Origin: Escherichia coli | GTDB lineage: Bacteria; Pseudomonadota; Gammaproteobacteria; Enterobacterales; Enterobacteriaceae | Assembly: GCF_003334765.1 (NCBI RefSeq) | Contig: NZ_QOWT01000063.1 | Length of the DNA: 5,656 bases | Direction: 5' to 3' (one strand) | Shown here: positions 4,577-5,656 of the stretch, one piece after another | Layout of the letters: every line of letters starts with the position of its first letter | Numbering within the stretch: position 1 is the stretch's first letter | Position numbers and translations under genes: made by a program | The notes under the pieces: model-generated | Database searches by the model: none | What the model saw: only the letters and a program-made list of their open reading frames with translations | Told to the model about the DNA's origin: nothing

Positions 4577-5656
4577 GAGAATGTTCCTCCGGATGTTGTT
4601 AAACCAGCCGGTGTGGTCATGAAAACAGCGCGCCACCTTCACCGGCATAACAACCGGGGAGAAACGTAAAAAATAATCGGGAATGCGGCTGTCCGGAGAT
4701 AAACGGGGGGATTGCGATGGCAGAGCCGTAGCGGAATCCCGGAGGGGGGTGTTGCGAAAAGATGCTTCCGCACGCACGCGCGATAAAGAGGGGATAGTTT
4801 TCGTGAGGACAGGGAGAGAAGCAGGCGTTCTGATAATTGCAGAGTTGTTTTCGGAGGTGGTTACAGTGAGTCAGCCCGTTCCTGGCGAGCAGGAGACTGA
4901 TATCACCGATGGGATAAGGTTGTCTGATTGGTATTATAAATATAAGAAGTCATCAGAGAGTAACGTAAAGGATTTGCCAGAATAACCTAAGAGAGTAAAT
5001 CTCTCCGGTAACAGAGCGCTGTGAAGCATTCTGTATCAGAGTGCAGATACATGAACGCTGATGCGTAAAATCAGCAGTGACACGCCAGCTCCCCCTATGC
5101 CCATTCCTGTATAAGACATGAACTGAGTGTATTAATGCTTCTGCCCTGAGACTGAGCCGGTGAGTGAGGGGCTGAGAAATCCCTCTTGACACAGCTCTAA
5201 CCAGAAATACTTCCCCGGTTGTTGCGGTGCGTCCGGATCCCCGATAACGGAACACTAAGGCTGTATTGCGGGACACCGGGTAAGTAGCAGCCCGTAAGGC
5301 GTTCTGTCAACGCCAGAAAAAATGATTTCCCACACGCGTTATAGACTCACTCCTGTGGACCTGGAAGCCCGTAACTCTGCGGTTGCCCACTGACTGACGG
5401 AACTGACCGCAAATTTTACGAGTGCGTGCTGGGCTTCAGTCTGGTCACCTGAGCGTTCGGTAACGGAGGCGCGGGCGGTAATAGGCTGATTTTCAGGTAT
5501 TACCGGCTTACAGCGTGTGGTTGATATTGAGGGGCTGTGAGTTTCGCGTATTTGTCAGAAACCCAGACGAGTTTTCCTGTATGGGACGAAATAAGGCAGC
5601 GGCAATACCTGGAAAAATTTAATATGGTATGAAGGAGAACCTGTCGGTTACGCTTA

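Noticed and set aside
4577-4777. N-terminal extension of the AlpA ORF to 135 aa, as given in the ORF track
   Set aside because: It starts at a GTG (4777) with no SD and adds 67 Ser/Pro/Arg-rich residues that are foreign to the 60-75 aa AlpA family. The internal ATG at 4576 has a strong GGAGGAA at ideal spacing.
4683-5276. 100-aa plus-strand ORF (4683-4985) and 107-aa minus-strand ORF (4953-5276)
   Set aside because: The first is a by-product of the purine-rich strand (Gly/Arg/Glu-rich) and overlaps the alpA leader. The second is Arg/Ser/Thr-rich with a GTG start and no SD. Neither shows a family signature.
5322-5593. A 90-codon plus-strand frame interrupted only by three TGA codons, at positions where Trp would read well (AH*LTEL, IG*FSG, GL*VSR)
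   Set aside because: Three stops in 90 codons is about the random expectation. TGA-as-Trp recoding is not an enterobacterial trait. The opposite strand is equally open here, and there is no SD before the ATG at 5322.
5500-5656. Edge ORFs: a 51-codon minus-strand frame entering from the right edge (stop at 5502-5500) and a plus-strand ATG at 5629 (MKENLSVTL...)
   Set aside because: Each is too short to tell apart from chance, and they overlap each other. The minus-strand peptide does not resemble a tyrosine-recombinase C-terminus. Sequence beyond the window is needed.
1-5656. Scan for tRNA/tmRNA ends (att sites), rRNA, CRISPR repeats, REP/ERIC elements and iteron arrays
   Set aside because: I found no T-loop/acceptor-like GGTTCGA...CCA context, no regularly spaced repeats, and no multi-copy direct repeats longer than about 10 nt.

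Overview
All supportable genes in this window lie on the minus strand. It reads like the integrase-proximal part of an enterobacterial CP4-57/CP4-6-type integrative island. Read along the minus strand from high to low coordinates, I see: (1) more than 1 kb with no convincing gene (5656-4577); (2) an AlpA-family regulator (4576-4370); (3) a co-oriented 200-aa hypothetical gene (4276-3674) followed by two strong hairpins; (4) a 2.4-kb ORF-poor zone (3673-1290); (5) a 383/387-aa orphan protein (1277/1289-126); (6) a textbook intrinsic terminator (98-59); (7) the first 14 codons of what I believe is a YeeP/YkfA/YfjP-type GTPase (42-1). The ORF-poor zone contains a clearly recognisable but dead IS21-family (IS100-like) element, in which the istA N-terminus is fused by deletion to the istB C-terminus, with frameshifts and a nonsense codon. 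It also holds a small ambiguous or interrupted ORF and several stable RNA-type hairpins. I found no tRNA, rRNA, CRISPR array or tandem repeat array. The best candidate for something new is the orphan modular protein sitting in the island's variable cargo slot. It has a GTG start, a low-complexity linker, a Trp-rich domain and a C-terminal ribbon-helix-helix-like motif, and its leader is unusual (a palindrome plus T-tract and a 10-bp direct repeat). I cannot assign it a function from sequence alone. All family assignments come from my own reading of translations and from memory of family sequences; none has been checked by a database search.
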